DNA from: Takakia lepidozioides
Lineage: Eukaryota; Plantae; Bryophyta
Direction of reading: 5' to 3'
Length of the DNA: 64,000 bases
Assembly: GCA_030704615.1 (NCBI GenBank)
Contig: CM060733.1
Location: 868,001-932,000 of the forward strand
The translations under genes were made by a program, and so were the position numbers. Shown one piece after another: positions 25,501-37,560 of this stretch (position 1 is its first letter; each line of letters starts with the position of its first letter). A model generated the notes under the pieces. The model did no database searches, was not told the DNA's origin, and saw nothing but the letters and a program-made list of their open reading frames with translations.

Positions 25501-25520
25501 AGAGAGAGAGAGAGAGAGAG
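25501..25520. repeat. (AG)10 microsatellite
   Basis: Seen directly in the sequence. Confidence 0.95.
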
Positions 25521-28040
25521 ATTAGGTTTGGGGTTATGGAAAAGCTTGGCTCTGGATGCCTCTAAGGCTGTGGCTCTTCTCCTCGGGGGCTTGGGAGGTT
25601 GAGGCAAGTGCTACCCTGCAGGAATTTATTTGTGGCTGTTTGTACCGGTTAGAATGCACGTGACATTGTCTGAGTAGTCGGAGAGTGGAAATGGGAACGC
25701 CCGCCATCAGACAGGATTAATCGATTTCCTTATTGTTGGATGTTGACGGACTTTTGAGGGCACAGTCCCTGCGGAATGCTAATCCTGAGAACTGGTTCGG
25801 AGTTTGAACTAGGATATGAAACCTTACAACTTTCAAACCGACACCCCGAATTGCGCTAGCGCTTCATTAACAGCTGAAACATTCCTAACCACAGAACTTT
25901 AAGGGATGGTACAGAGACCATACCAGAAAGCAGTTTTAAACATGTAGGCTTTTTGTGGCTGTGGTGACTGTGGAAGTTACACTGTAGAGACAGAGGTGTA
26001 TGGGCTCTCTGCAAGCGCAGGATGTGGTCTTCAAACCTTAGAGAAAATTAGCTGAGAAATCAGGGTCTTTAGTTCTTGTTTATGGGATTGTTGTTAAAAG
26101 TGTGCAAACCTTTGGTGTACTGGCTTTGATCTGTTGTGGTTGATACCTGATGCATTGCTGTCGACAGCCAGAAGAAAATATCAGTTACTGTGCACGTCTA
26201 TTATCTTTATCGCATAAGGATGACCTCTGTACAATCCGTTGGTTATGTGAATGAGGCACTGATTCCCTTGCATCAGTACTAATGATATGCTTGCTTTGGG
26301 AATGTGGTAGGCTCAGGGCAGAGGGGAGTGATGTCTGTAGCAGCAGACAACAAGCTGGCTGATATCTTCGAAAGCATGTCTGTTGCAGTAGAGCCTGGAT
26401 CATCCTATATGTCAGTATATCCCTATCTTGCTTATAGCTAGTCTGTATGTTTGCTTTCCTTGCTTTACAGAGATACATAGTGAAATTGAGACTTGTTATC
26501 TATGATGTTGGGAATTCCTGGAAAGAATAAATAGTTTCTTTACTCTTACATTGACCAAGTTATGAGATAGTTCTGGTTTTCTTCCTCTTTTCACTAATTC
26601 TTTCGGCGGGTGACTTCTCTCATATATGTTTTTTGGCAGTCAGAGGATCTTCTTTATTCCAATCCTTTTGGTGACGTGCTAGCAGAGGGTCGCGTCTGGT
26701 ATGGATTGTTGGAGTGGGGTTATTCTCATTGGTGAGTTGTCTATGGCCTAGTAGTTGATTCTTTGTTCATTGGCAAAGTTGTATGTTAGATCTGCAATAT
26801 TGCATCATGTATGTTGCCTGCCTGCCTTTCTCTATCTCACGATCTCCTTCAGATCTATAGGTCATTCTTATTATGTTTCTTTTTCTTATTCTGTTTCATT
26901 TTTGTCGCAATGTCTTGGGTTTCTGACACAATTATTGCATAATGACTGTAGCTGAAGTACTGTTAGCTAGATAGTTGTTTTTTGCTGTATGTGAAGACCC
27001 CATGTTGTTAGAGTATTGTACCTCTGTGTCTCCTTTCTTTTTGGGCTGCATGCTTCGTTGAGATGACTGCACTGTGACAAAACATGGAAGAAAACTAGTG
27101 AATCACTGTGCACACACATAGAAAAAGGTTGACATGTCCCACTACTGTAACGAAAATGCAAATGGACTTTATTTTTCTCATAAAGCTTCCGCATGAAGTG
27201 GGCTATACACAGCTCCGTACACATTCAGACCCCTATCACCAACTTTCTTCCCAAAAATGACATCTACGCCAACACTGGAACTGGAGTATCTGGTCGCGGA
27301 TGACCCTTCAAAATATGATCTAATAAGGGGTTCAACTCATCCCTGGAAACAACTCCGATATTTTGTTGAACACGTCTATCACCTGCATGAAGTAACCCCC
27401 ACACAGCATGTTCACTAAAATTATTCCGATTGCCCCTGAAAATGTCCAAATTGAGGTGGCTCTTTGCCATAAACAGTTTCTGGACTGCGGGAATAATCAG
27501 GTCTCAGCAGAGCTAATGATTCTAATGCACTTTCCCTGGTTGTATTTGTGCGGCAGGCCAACACTGCAAGGAGCATAGGCATGCAGGTGGGAGTGCAAAC
27601 ATCTGTGCCCTAGCAAACACACTTGCAACACCTTTTTTCAACCATTATAACTACAATGCACCTCTTGGAATTAATTAGCAGGTAAAAAGGGTGCCAGCTG
27701 TCAGCCTACCTCTTTGTCATTTTGGTACTTTGAAATATTCACAGGATTGTGTGAGCACTGCCCCCATGAAACCCCCAGATACAGAGCACAGTAGTAGCAT
27801 GATCACCACAAAGAGAAAAAACATGTCCTTGCCAGAAGGAAAAATTCTATCCCTCTCGATGCCTGCTACTCCATCAATGAACTCATCTTTCATTTGCTTG
27901 GCTCTATCCCCCTTCAGGGCAGTGCAATCAAGGCGACATGTCCCTGTCTGTGCTAGCAAGAAGGCTACACCATGGTCTTTTTCTGTCCATACGTGCAACC
28001 AGGACATCTTCACTTGTAAGTGAGATCTTCAGATGTTGCA

Positions 28041-28340
28041 AGTGAGATGTACATCTGTCTTACTTTATCTTCCCATGCATCTAAGCCAGCTACAGGGAAA
28101 ATCAGCTTGTCCAAACAAGCTTAAAGTCTCTGAGAAATGTATGACTGTTCTGTACATTTATCTTCCAAACCAGCTACAGAGAAAACCAAGTCGTCCAACT
28201 CTAGTATATTCTATTGAGAGATGTCTCACTGGTTTGTACTGTAACTTCCCAAAATACTAAACCAGCTAAAGAAAAACAAATAATCCAAATATGTATAGTG
28301 CGCTGAGATATGTAAGACTGTCCTGCACTCAATCTTCCCA
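28041..28340. repeat. Degenerate ~87-bp tandem repeat (about 3.5 units)
   Basis: TGAGA..TGT....CTG...T...ATCTTCC..(A)ACCAGCTA.AG..AAA..A...GTCCAA recurs at ~28041, 28131, 28215 and 28303. Confidence 0.7.
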
Positions 28341-29850
28341 CACAATTAAGAGAAATTGGAGCCTACTGCGGTGGTGGCAAGGTCTCATAGCTTCTGAGTA
28401 CATCTTTCAGTCTCTCAATCTCATAGTTTCATTAACCACTCCACCCTCTCCCACTCCCCGCTCACAATCATAACCTCACAATCATAACTGATTCCCACAA
28501 TCCCTTTGGATCTGCATCTAAAAATACAACATACAAACTTGAACCTCACGGCCTTACAGCTTTGCCATGTCCCTGTACATTCCTCTGTCCAAATATGTGG
28601 GCAACAAGACAGGAAGGTCTGCTCTTCCTAGTGCAAAAATGTCCAGCCACTCTCTATCAGTGCGATGTAGATGTGCATCCATCCACCTTTACTATCTCAT
28701 GAAGCCTTTTACAATTTTATGTCAGCAATCACATGCATCACTTCTCTTAAGGAGATAGCTTCAGCAGGGTATGGAGGGAGGATCAACCGCTGTGGCTACA
28801 CTGCATTTGAGGTGTAGATTGGAGTCATACTAAGCAAGGTTCAACTACATAAATAGTGGCAACAGATTTTGTAGTTGTCCGAAGTCCCCCTGGTGACAAT
28901 ATTATGTTCAGCAATCACTACCTACTTCCCTTCTCTTTGGAAGATGGCTCTAGCAGGGTATGGAGGGGGGCTTAAATGCTATGACTCCACTGTGCGAGGT
29001 ATAGATTGTCCAGAGTTTTACTATGCAAGATTCAGTTCGAAAAATTGTGGTAACTGATTCTGAAGTTGCCCAAGGCCCCCGCGGTGATGTAGTGCAGAGC
29101 TTCACAAAAGGTAGGAAGACATGAGAGAGAAAGAGTCTGCAGAAAGAGATACCAATCACGCCACCGAAGAGAAAATACAGATCACTTTTCTTCCTGCTTA
29201 CTAACTGGGCAGAGCTTTGGGTCTTCGATAGATGTTCGCACTGCCACGTTGGTCCGAGATGTTGGATCATGAACTCCCTCCCATTAGCAAACATTGAGAA
29301 AAGGAGACATGTTCAGTTAGCCATGACTCGTCTCCTCCTCCATTGGCTTGAATTAGGGTGTGCGATCGTAATTCCGAGAAACCACAGTTCAGCAAGGTGC
29401 ACCACTGCTGGAGAAGCATTGCAAAGAGAGGAGGACGATGGAAAGAGCACGGAACTTTATCCAATTGTGCGCGTAGTAAGACGTCAAGAACGTCTTGGAT
29501 TTGACACACCTGTTCCGAGAATTGTGGCCACAATCCGGTCAAACGCAGAATCTGACGCATTCCTTGGTGAGCACTAGGGGCAATCGTGGAATTTCACCAC
29601 GAACCTTTTTCGTCTATTTGCAAGTTCTTGCATCCTGCATGTGGGCAAGTGAGCTCCCACGAAATGTACCTGCTCTCTTGCACGAGCCATCAGTGAGCAA
29701 TGCGTAGGTAGATCATTGACAAACGTGCGTGGACAAAGGAGTGCTTGACAAGATCCGGGGCACATCACAATGAGCGTCATTCTATCCCTCAGCTCCCTGC
29801 TGCTACTCCTTTTTTTGTCTCTCTGCACTTTCCACTGCGTAGTCGCCGCC

Positions 29851-30800
29851 ATGGCTTATGTTGCTGCTGCTTACGGAGCCAACAATCACAGAGAAGACTC
29901 ATGCAGACACTCTCGATCAAGGAACTATGCGAATAGCAGGAGGCCATCTTCCACTGGCCCTGGTGTTTTGGGGTCTGGTCCTAGACGGCCCCCCTCTCCG
30001 ATCAGCGCTCCATTCTGTTGGAGCGAAGAAGTGGCACCCGCTGAAGAGTCTTAGCCAGTCCTCCAGCTCAACATGGATATTATTAAAGAGCACTCCCAAC
30101 TGCTTGCTGAGATTGCTGAGCAAGGAGTCCTCGTCCATTTCCCTGGCAGAATAAGAGAGAGTATTCGCCAGGAAATGGGCCTCGGAGCACTTTGGCCCCG
30201 ACAGTGGTCTAACCTCTCACTTTTGCTTGGCGTTGGGTAGAAGCTTCTACTCTATCATGTTTAGTTCTCCCGAGTTCGCGGCTAGGGCTCTAGCCTTCGA
30301 CGTGTGCCTCTCCAAGTGTCGAGTACACGTCTTCCCATGGTCTGCGGACTGGGGTCACAGAGGTGGAGTCACATTTAGACCACAAGTTCTGGCTCTCCCT
30401 TATCTCCCCGGAAACTATCTTAGATCTCTTCCAGAGGTAGGAGCACACACAAAGCGAGAGTCTGGTGCAGTGAATTCAGCCAGTACCAAGTCTTTAATGA
30501 AAGCAGGAGAGTCTTAAAATCTAATGTTCTAGAACAGCTTCATCTTGATGATCAAAGTATTTGATGACCTTTGATGCTGAGAGAGAGACGGCGGGGCTCC
30601 TCAAATTGTGGTGATGATGCCAAAAACGGCCCACATTGTGCCCGCGCTGATGTTGCCCACCCTTGACAACTCGTTTGTTACCGTGGCTGTCTGTCAAGGA
30701 GGGTTTATACTATTGCGGTGATCTGCTTCAATTGCAACGCAGAAGGGCACGTGAAGGCGAATTGCCCCAAGCTTCTTTTAGACAGAGCTAACGCCTCAAT
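29851..30800 (+). pseudogene. L1-type LINE ORF1-like relic with a CCHC zinc knuckle
   Basis: LALGRSFYSIMFSSPEFAARAL...HVFPWS...LPYLPGNYLRSLPEVG resembles plant L1 ORF1. CFNCNAEGHVKANC (CX2CX4HX4C) is at 30724-30765. Stops and frameshifts lie between. Confidence 0.65.
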
Positions 30801-31295
30801 GCCTGCAGTCAGATAGCAATAAATATAATTCCTCTCCAACCACGTTTGTGAACAAAACATCCCACCGAGAATGAATATATGACATACTATTGGCAATGTC
30901 AATTCAAAACGAAGCATCCCTCACAAGCACCCGCCACTTTTTCTCGCCCTATTGTCATGTGGGTGGAGGCTGCCAATCAAAGACATTGCCTCCACTTCAT
31001 GCATGTGTTGTGCATGTCATGTGGACCAATGCGCACCTTAGCGGATGATGGAATCAGTATCCCTTTACTCCTCAAGATGCATGTACCCATTCGAAACCGT
31101 GCAGCACATGATTTACCCCCTCCAAAAGTCATGTTCTCCAGCCTCACTGAACACATACTCTCCACACACGACACTGCCATTCAGCACTCCCAAACTCGTT
31201 GAGTTTCCTCAGATCCCCCATTGCCTCGTCGCACTCTCCCTCACCCATCTGCCTCACCTTGGTGCCTCTTTCACTTCCACCTCTCTCACTTAGCA

Positions 31296-32147
31296 ATGTC
31301 AAATGCTCAAAAAGGAGTAGGCAGCTCCTGGCTGCAAGGGGAAGCTTTTGTTGATGTCGACACTCACAATGAGTTGGTAGGAGATATTATTGGCATCGTG
31401 GGGACTCGCATCTCCGGATTGGAAGCGTTGGTGGATTGGTCAAAACCCACAGCAGGAGACATCATTCTTACAGCGCATGTATCTGCAGGTAGAGTGGGCT
31501 GGTCTGGCTTTTACGATGACACCAACAGTGCAGCTACAAAACAGCCTAACACCGTTGTACTCAGGTCAAGATTCTTGTGTGCTCCTAACGAAGAGTGGGG
31601 GCCACATGCTTTGGGCCTGGACCCTTCGAAGGAGAACGAGTGTTTTCATATTCTTACCTTATTTCAATGGGTGGATGAAGGCTGGGACTGCATTAAACTG
31701 CTGGACGAACTTCCTTCCCCCATCATGCGCAAGCTTCAGAAGGGCTACAGACCTGAAAGACCTTGGACCAGGGCTGGTGACATTTGCCTAACTATTGAGG
31801 ATGGAATGATGCATGTCATGTTTACTTCCTTCATGCATTTGCGGAAGAACTCATCCTCGGTGTTTTTGCGTGTCTTGCCGCATTGGGGGAGCAATCACTG
31901 TCATCACTCAGTTTTCTTCTTTCGGTGGGATATGCGTGTGTGTGTTTGGAAAGAGAGAATGATTAGGCAGGAGGTTCAGGTGCTTAATTATGAGTGGAAT
32001 TTCAAAGAGGTCAGTAGCATGCTGACCCTCTTTTCAGTAGCATCACATAGTTTGTCTCTTTTCTACGTTTGTGTGACCCTTGAGGGTGGAATTCTGGAAG
32101 CAGGTGATGTTTGCTTGAACAATGCACATGCCAAAAACAAATTGTGA
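31296..32147 (+). CDS. Uncharacterised ORF, probably TE-associated; 3' part may be intronic
   Basis: ATG at 31296 after a pyrimidine-rich leader, ~280 open codons with globular-looking composition. No motif recognised. Confidence 0.35.
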   Translation: MSNAQKGVGSSWLQGEAFVDVDTHNELVGDIIGIVGTRISGLEALVDWSKPTAGDIILTAHVSAGRVGWSGFYDDTNSAATKQPNTVVLRSRFLCAPNEEWGPHALGLDPSKENECFHILTLFQWVDEGWDCIKLLDELPSPIMRKLQKGYRPERPWTRAGDICLTIEDGMMHVMFTSFMHLRKNSSSVFLRVLPHWGSNHCHHSVFFFRWDMRVCVWKERMIRQEVQVLNYEWNFKEVSSMLTLFSVASHSLSLFYVCVTLEGGILEAGDVCLNNAHAKNKL

Positions 32148-32465
32148 CAGCAATCTTTCCATGTATTCATGTCCAATGTGTACTCCTGGTATTCATGGTT
32201 TACGTTTTGCTTCCACGTGGTTTGAAGGTTCTCCCACCTTATTTGCACATGCACGGGTTCATGCACTTGCACATGTTTTGAAGAAGGTGCAGCAGGTGGA
32301 GTTGAAAGTCAATGACACATGCTGGGAGTGTGACCTGAGCAGAGGTCACGTCTGGACTAAAATTGAGAGCCTGAAACATATGCATGCATTTCGTAGTTCG
32401 TGAGTTTCCATTTACGGTTTACCAGCTCTCGTTTCTGCCATTCAAGCTAATGTGTTTTTTGGGGC

Positions 32466-33765
32466 GAGTTTTGGCATACCTCCCTTAAGCTCTTTACGTG
32501 ATGAGTGGCAGGTCAGATGGTGGAGTCAGTTGAATCACATGCCCAATACTATATACCCTAAGATAATTGACGCTATTTCTTGGAATCACTCAGTGTTGAG
32601 GTATTCTCATCAGTGAGCAACCCTCTTTAGGACCATAGTCCCTGCACCTCTGTTCACCAACATTGAAAATCACGAGGCTCAGCCTAAAGCCCTGGTCCTC
32701 TTGGGGTATACAGCAGATTGATGCTTGTGCAAAGGGATTTCTACAAGAAATCTGGAAAGCCTGAACAATTTCCTGAACCAATTTTTTATACCAACGTAAG
32801 TCCCACTACTGGATTAACACCTCACAAATGTAGGTCGATCGCCTCTTCTGCTGCCCAAGAATGGATGCGGGGTCTATGGCCACAACGCTATGACAAACAA
32901 CGTCTCATGAGTACTCAGGACCAGCAAGAACATAGTCTCTCCCTGCACCTCTGTTCACCAACTTTCACCAACTTTCACAAATTTTCTCGACTAAAGACCT
33001 GGCCATGTTGGGGTCTGATTGCTAGGCAGGTCATACTCAGCAGATTGATGCATGTGTGAAGGACTTTCTAGAGGAATTCTGGAAAGCCTGAATAATTTCC
33101 TGAACCAATTTTGTATACCAACATAAGTCCCACTACTGGACTGAACCCCTCATAAAGGTAGGTCTATCGCCTCCTCTTCTACCCAAGAATGGATGCAGGG
33201 TCTATGGCCACAACGTTGTGGCAAACAACGTCTCATGAGTACTTAGGACCATGTCGAACATAGTCTCTCCCTACACCTCTGTTCAACAACTTTCAAGAGG
33301 TTTAACAAACTGCGATCGAGGCTGAGTCTAAAACCCTGGCCATGTTGGGGTCTGATTGCTGGGCAGATCACACTCAGCAGATTGATGCATGTGTGAAGGA
33401 CTTTCTAGAAGAATGAAGGAAAGCCTGAACAATTTCCTGAACCAATTTTGTATACCAACATAAGTCCCACTACTGGACTGAACCCCTCATAAAGGTAGGT
33501 CTATCGCCTCCTCTTCTACCCAAGAATGGATGCGGGGTCTATGGCCACAACGTTGTGGCAAACAATGTCTCCTGAGTACTCAGGACCATGTCAAACATAG
33601 TCTCTCCCTACACCTCTGTTCAACAACTTTCAAGAGGTTTAACAAACTGCGATCGAGGCTGAGTCTAAAACCCTGGCCATGTTGGGGTCTGATTGCTGGG
33701 CAGGTCACACTTAGCAGATTGATGCATGTGTGAAGGACTTTCTAGAGGAATGAAGGAAAGCGTGA
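32466..33765 (+). repeat. LINE-derived fragment followed by a ~300-338-bp tandem array of the LINE 3' end
   Basis: 32466-32585 aligns with LINE 8507-8625. Units starting at ~32630, 32926, 33256 and 33594 align with LINE ~9070-9350 (CAGCAGATTGATGC.TG.GTGAAGG.. and GCGGGGTC.ATGGCCACAA.G.T..GGCAAACAACGTCT.ATGAGTAC). Confidence 0.88.
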
Positions 33766-33861
33766 ACCAAGAGTCTTCAACTTGTACCAACTCTGAGAGA
33801 AGTAATTGTTACAAGATGCATGTACTATATGTCTGAAGCCGACTTTCATGTAGAAACCCCA

Positions 33862-34185
33862 TGTCAAGTTATTTGACCACTAGTGTGAAACTAGCTAGGA
33901 AATAGCTAGCTTTTACATATTGACATTTGGGATTGGCCCAAGTGTCAATCCAGGGGTCAAGGCAGATTTAGGCCCTGGAGTGGTTATCTTCACGGCAAGC
34001 GCGGGAGGCTCATCTTTCTCGAGTTGAGCCTCACCGCGCCTAGCTATGGCGCCGTAGTGTGGATTCCCCATGGCGTGGGGTCTTGGCTCGACTTGTATTT
34101 GAGTGATGAGTTTATATATGCCTGAGTTTATGCCTCAGCTTTGTGAGCTCGCATGAGCTTGTGCTTGTATTCTTCTTCTTTATCA
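33862..34185 (+). repeat. Terminal repeat A1 (copy of A2)
   Basis: TGTCAAGTTATTTGACCAC...TTCTTCTTCTTTATC. About 10 substitutions and one 3-nt indel versus 42387-42712 by manual count. Confidence 0.93.
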
Positions 34186-34199
34186 CTCGAGAAAGACAT

Positions 34200-34690
34200 G
34201 ACTCTGTGGCCTTTGGGGCTGTGACAGGCTGTGACATGTGGCATGTGGGGTTGTGATGGGCTGTGCCCTGTGGCCTGTGGGGCTGTGAGGGGCTATGACA
34301 GGCTGAGGCCTTTGGGGCTCCCTGTGACCTGTGTAGGGCTGTGACGGGCTGTGACAGGCTGTGACCTGTGGGGCTGTGACGGACTGTGACAGGCTGTGCC
34401 TATGGCCTTTGGGGCTGTGACGGGTTGTGACAGGCTGTGACCTGTGGCCTGTGGGGCTGTGATGGACTGTGACAGGCTGTGACATGTGGCATTTGGGGCC
34501 GTGAGGGGCTGTGATAGGATGTGCCATGTGGCCTTTGGGGTTGTCACTTGTTGTGACCTGTGGCCTTGGGGGCTGTGAGGGGCTGTGAGGGGTTGTGATA
34601 GGCTCTGACCTGTGGCCTGTGTGGGGTTGTGACGGCTGTGATCAGTGATCTGTGTGGGCCTGTGTTGGTCTGTGGTGGCCCGTGTTGACA
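34200..34690 (+). repeat. Degenerate ~10-bp minisatellite (GGCTGTGACA / GGCCTGTGGG) in the retrotransposon leader
   Basis: Dozens of GGCTGTGA(C/G/T) units seen directly. Confidence 0.9.
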
Positions 34691-35464
34691 TGTGGACGGC
34701 CTATGCTAACTCATGGAGGCACTGGTGGACTAGCATGCGGTCTTGAAGGCCAATTTTTTAAGCTCGTGGAGGGCAGTTTGAGGAGTATCTTCATGATATT
34801 TCCATGGTCATGCAAGTGAGGGACGAGAGGAGAAAAAGAGTATTGGGATGAGGGCATGCTGGGGTTAGGCATTGCTTTAGCTTCTCTTCCTCGTAGTTTT
34901 CCACCCTCTCGTTAGGCCAAGACCTTTCCGTAGGTGGAGGCAAGAGTCAGTCCGGGTTTGGGCTGGGGTGTCCTTGTAGGAACAACACCGTGGAGTGTTT
35001 TTGGTATGGGGGAGTTGTCGTTCTGATTTTTTTGTGTTTGGATCCCCTCTATACCTGCATGCTTCACTGTGCGCCATGTTAGTTTTGTGTGGGCGCTTGT
35101 TTTTATAGGTGATTGGTCCGGATTTGATCATCGGCCAGTCCTAGAGCATGCTGTCGATGGTGAGGCTGGGGTGATGACCAGTCAGACCATCATTGTTTCT
35201 TTTGTGGTGAGGTTGGAGGTGATGACCAGCCAACCATAGGAGTGATTGCGGTGGATGCAGGTGCAGATGTAGGCTATGTTAGGAACCCAGTATTCCAAAC
35301 CATAAGCCGCAACAGGTTCTCTACCTGGTTACCTTGTGGAGAGGGGGTTAGGGACATGTTCATGACCGGTTGAGTGACAGTTTGTCAACACGGAGGTGCC
35401 ACTAGTTACTGGGGAGAGTGCCGGTTTGAGCACTAGCGATACTAGTGGGTACACAAGATGAGGT

Positions 35465-37161
35465 GTGCGGTTTAGGCCACCTTCACCTCTTGTGTCTTCT
35501 ACGGAAGGTTCTGATTCGGATTGTGAATCAGGAGGACTCACACCGGCGGTGCAAGTTGTTTCCTTGCCATTGTTGTGGGACACAATGGAGGAGATGTATG
35601 GAGCTACCAAGGGGCCACGAATGTACTCTGGGGCGGTGGGCACCATCAAGTTGGATGACTTTATCCAAGAGTTTGATAGTTGGTGTGATTTGCAGCAAAT
35701 GCGCAATCCACAACTATTTACGTCTTTCATGGCATGGAAGGGGCTGTTTCAGCACCTTGAGAGGCCGCCTATGGATGATTACCATGAGTTCAGGCGGGGG
35801 CATGAGGTTGAGATCGAGGAGTAGAGGATGTACTGGTCACCCGACTATATCTCCATCACTAGGGGCATGGAGAGGCCCAGTGTTATGGTTTGCATCCTGA
35901 TCAGTTGCGCCCAGGCCAGTTCCAAGGGAACAATGGTGGCCGGGGGCGAGGTGGGGCAGCCTAGAGAGGACGAGGTGGCCAGGCACGAGGTGTAGGCCAA
36001 GGGCAAGCTCAACATGGCCAAGGACGCGGAGGTCAGGGTATTGACCAAGGCTTGGCCAACCAGCTTCAGCAGCTAGAGCGGATGCTCGCTACCATGGCTA
36101 CAACTCAGGTGGTACCGGCTCCAAGGTCGGATGGTCCACCTCCTGCTCCTGAGGGAGGAGATATGGGAGACATGGGATTCGTGTGCGGAGCAGCACTACC
36201 ACTAGTGCAGGTGGAGTCTGCTGCAGCCGTGACTCGAGGAGCAGCACGAGTTCCTGAGCCACGAGGTGCAGAGGTGGAGTTGGATCCACAGCGTGGGGAG
36301 GCAAGCCGTTAGGCTAGGCTTCCTCAGTCATTCACATTGGCGGAGACAGTGTCGACGCCATCCATGGCACCTAGTTCTCGCCCGACTGTTACCAAGGCGG
36401 AGGTTATTATGCCATTGGGGAGAGCTACACGGGTAGCACCACTACCTAGTGTTGCCAAGGCTACGGCAGCTAGTGTGTTGCTGGGAGCGGCCACATCTGT
36501 GTGCCAGGCTCTATTGTTCTCGGCTACCATGATTGCGACGCCGGGGGTAAGACCAACTGAGGTGTTTAGGCTGGCAGCTACACTCTATGAGAGTGGGGAT
36601 ATTACTTCATCTTCTGCGGAGATAGTGGGAGGTGTAGTGCCAGAGGGATCCTTGGATTTGAGGGTCAAGACTGCCACGGCGGCGCCATGGCAAGCTGTAG
36701 CTACCAGGTTGATGGAGCTGCCAGCTAGGCCAGCCATTGAGCGCGCCATGGTGACACCTGGAGTTGTCATGTTAGACAACCAGGATAGCATTTTCTGTTT
36801 GAGTGGACCGGCAGGCAAGAGGTACCGGCCACTGCGGGTCTTGTTGGACTCGGGAGCTCAGCCATTGATGCTGGGCAGAGCTGCTATTGCAGGCTTGGGC
36901 CTCATAGAGGCAGATATGGAGTCTTGTCCTTTCCAGATACATACGTCTCTGGGAGGATCAGAGCAGGCTCGGGGCATGACACGACATGAGTTGACTATCA
37001 AACTACGGCCGGATCACCCTACAGATGGCTTAGTGATGCGAGCCAAGGCCATTGTGACAGACGCGGTCTCATACAATGTCCTGGTTGGTGGGGCAGTGTT
37101 GTACCCCATAGGCTTCACCCTGGATTTTTGGGAGGAGTCAGCTTCCTATAGGCCTGGATGA
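35465..37161 (+). pseudogene. Gag (internally deleted) and aspartic protease of the Gypsy element
   Basis: Gag-like PRMYSG...KLDDFIQEFDSWC. Only the second half of a Zn knuckle remains (GHGEAQCYGLHPD at ~35863), followed by an RG-rich tract. Protease RVLLDSGAQPLML...YNVLVG. Several in-frame stops. Confidence 0.8.
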
Positions 37162-37560
37162 TAGTCAGGGGAGGGCCGGCGTGTGCAGCTCCCTGTAACA
37201 TTCATAGGAGGAGTTGCGGTTGCCCAGCAAGGCAAGATGCTGACATTAGCAGCATTCATAGTTGCAGTGAGTTGGCCTGGAGAGTTGCTTGAGGGCAACG
37301 CTCATTCAGAGGATGTGTCACCTCCGGGAGAGCAGGATGATATGCATAGTATGGCGGAGTTACCTGCCATGATTGCTCAGACTCCATTATGGGGCACGAG
37401 CAAGGATTTGCAGCAGGTTGCTGATCGACGGGTGCAACAATCTTGGGTAGAGACTTTTGTACCATCAGGAGAGGAGGAGAGTGCGGGGATTGCACCAAGA
37501 CCACCTCAGTTGTCTCCATTGGACACCACACCTATTGTGTGGCAGTATCCGGATGAAGGC

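Noticed and set aside
25690-29700. Exon-like pieces, short ORFs and a ~190-bp duplication (~28735-28820 versus ~28925-29010)
   Set aside because: I could not assemble a consistent reading frame or recognise a family.
32630-33765. Regular repeats considered as a CRISPR-like array
   Set aside because: Long contiguous units with no unique spacers, eukaryotic context and LINE homology.
34183-34691. Two 114-132-aa minus-strand ORFs
   Set aside because: Translations of the 10-bp minisatellite.
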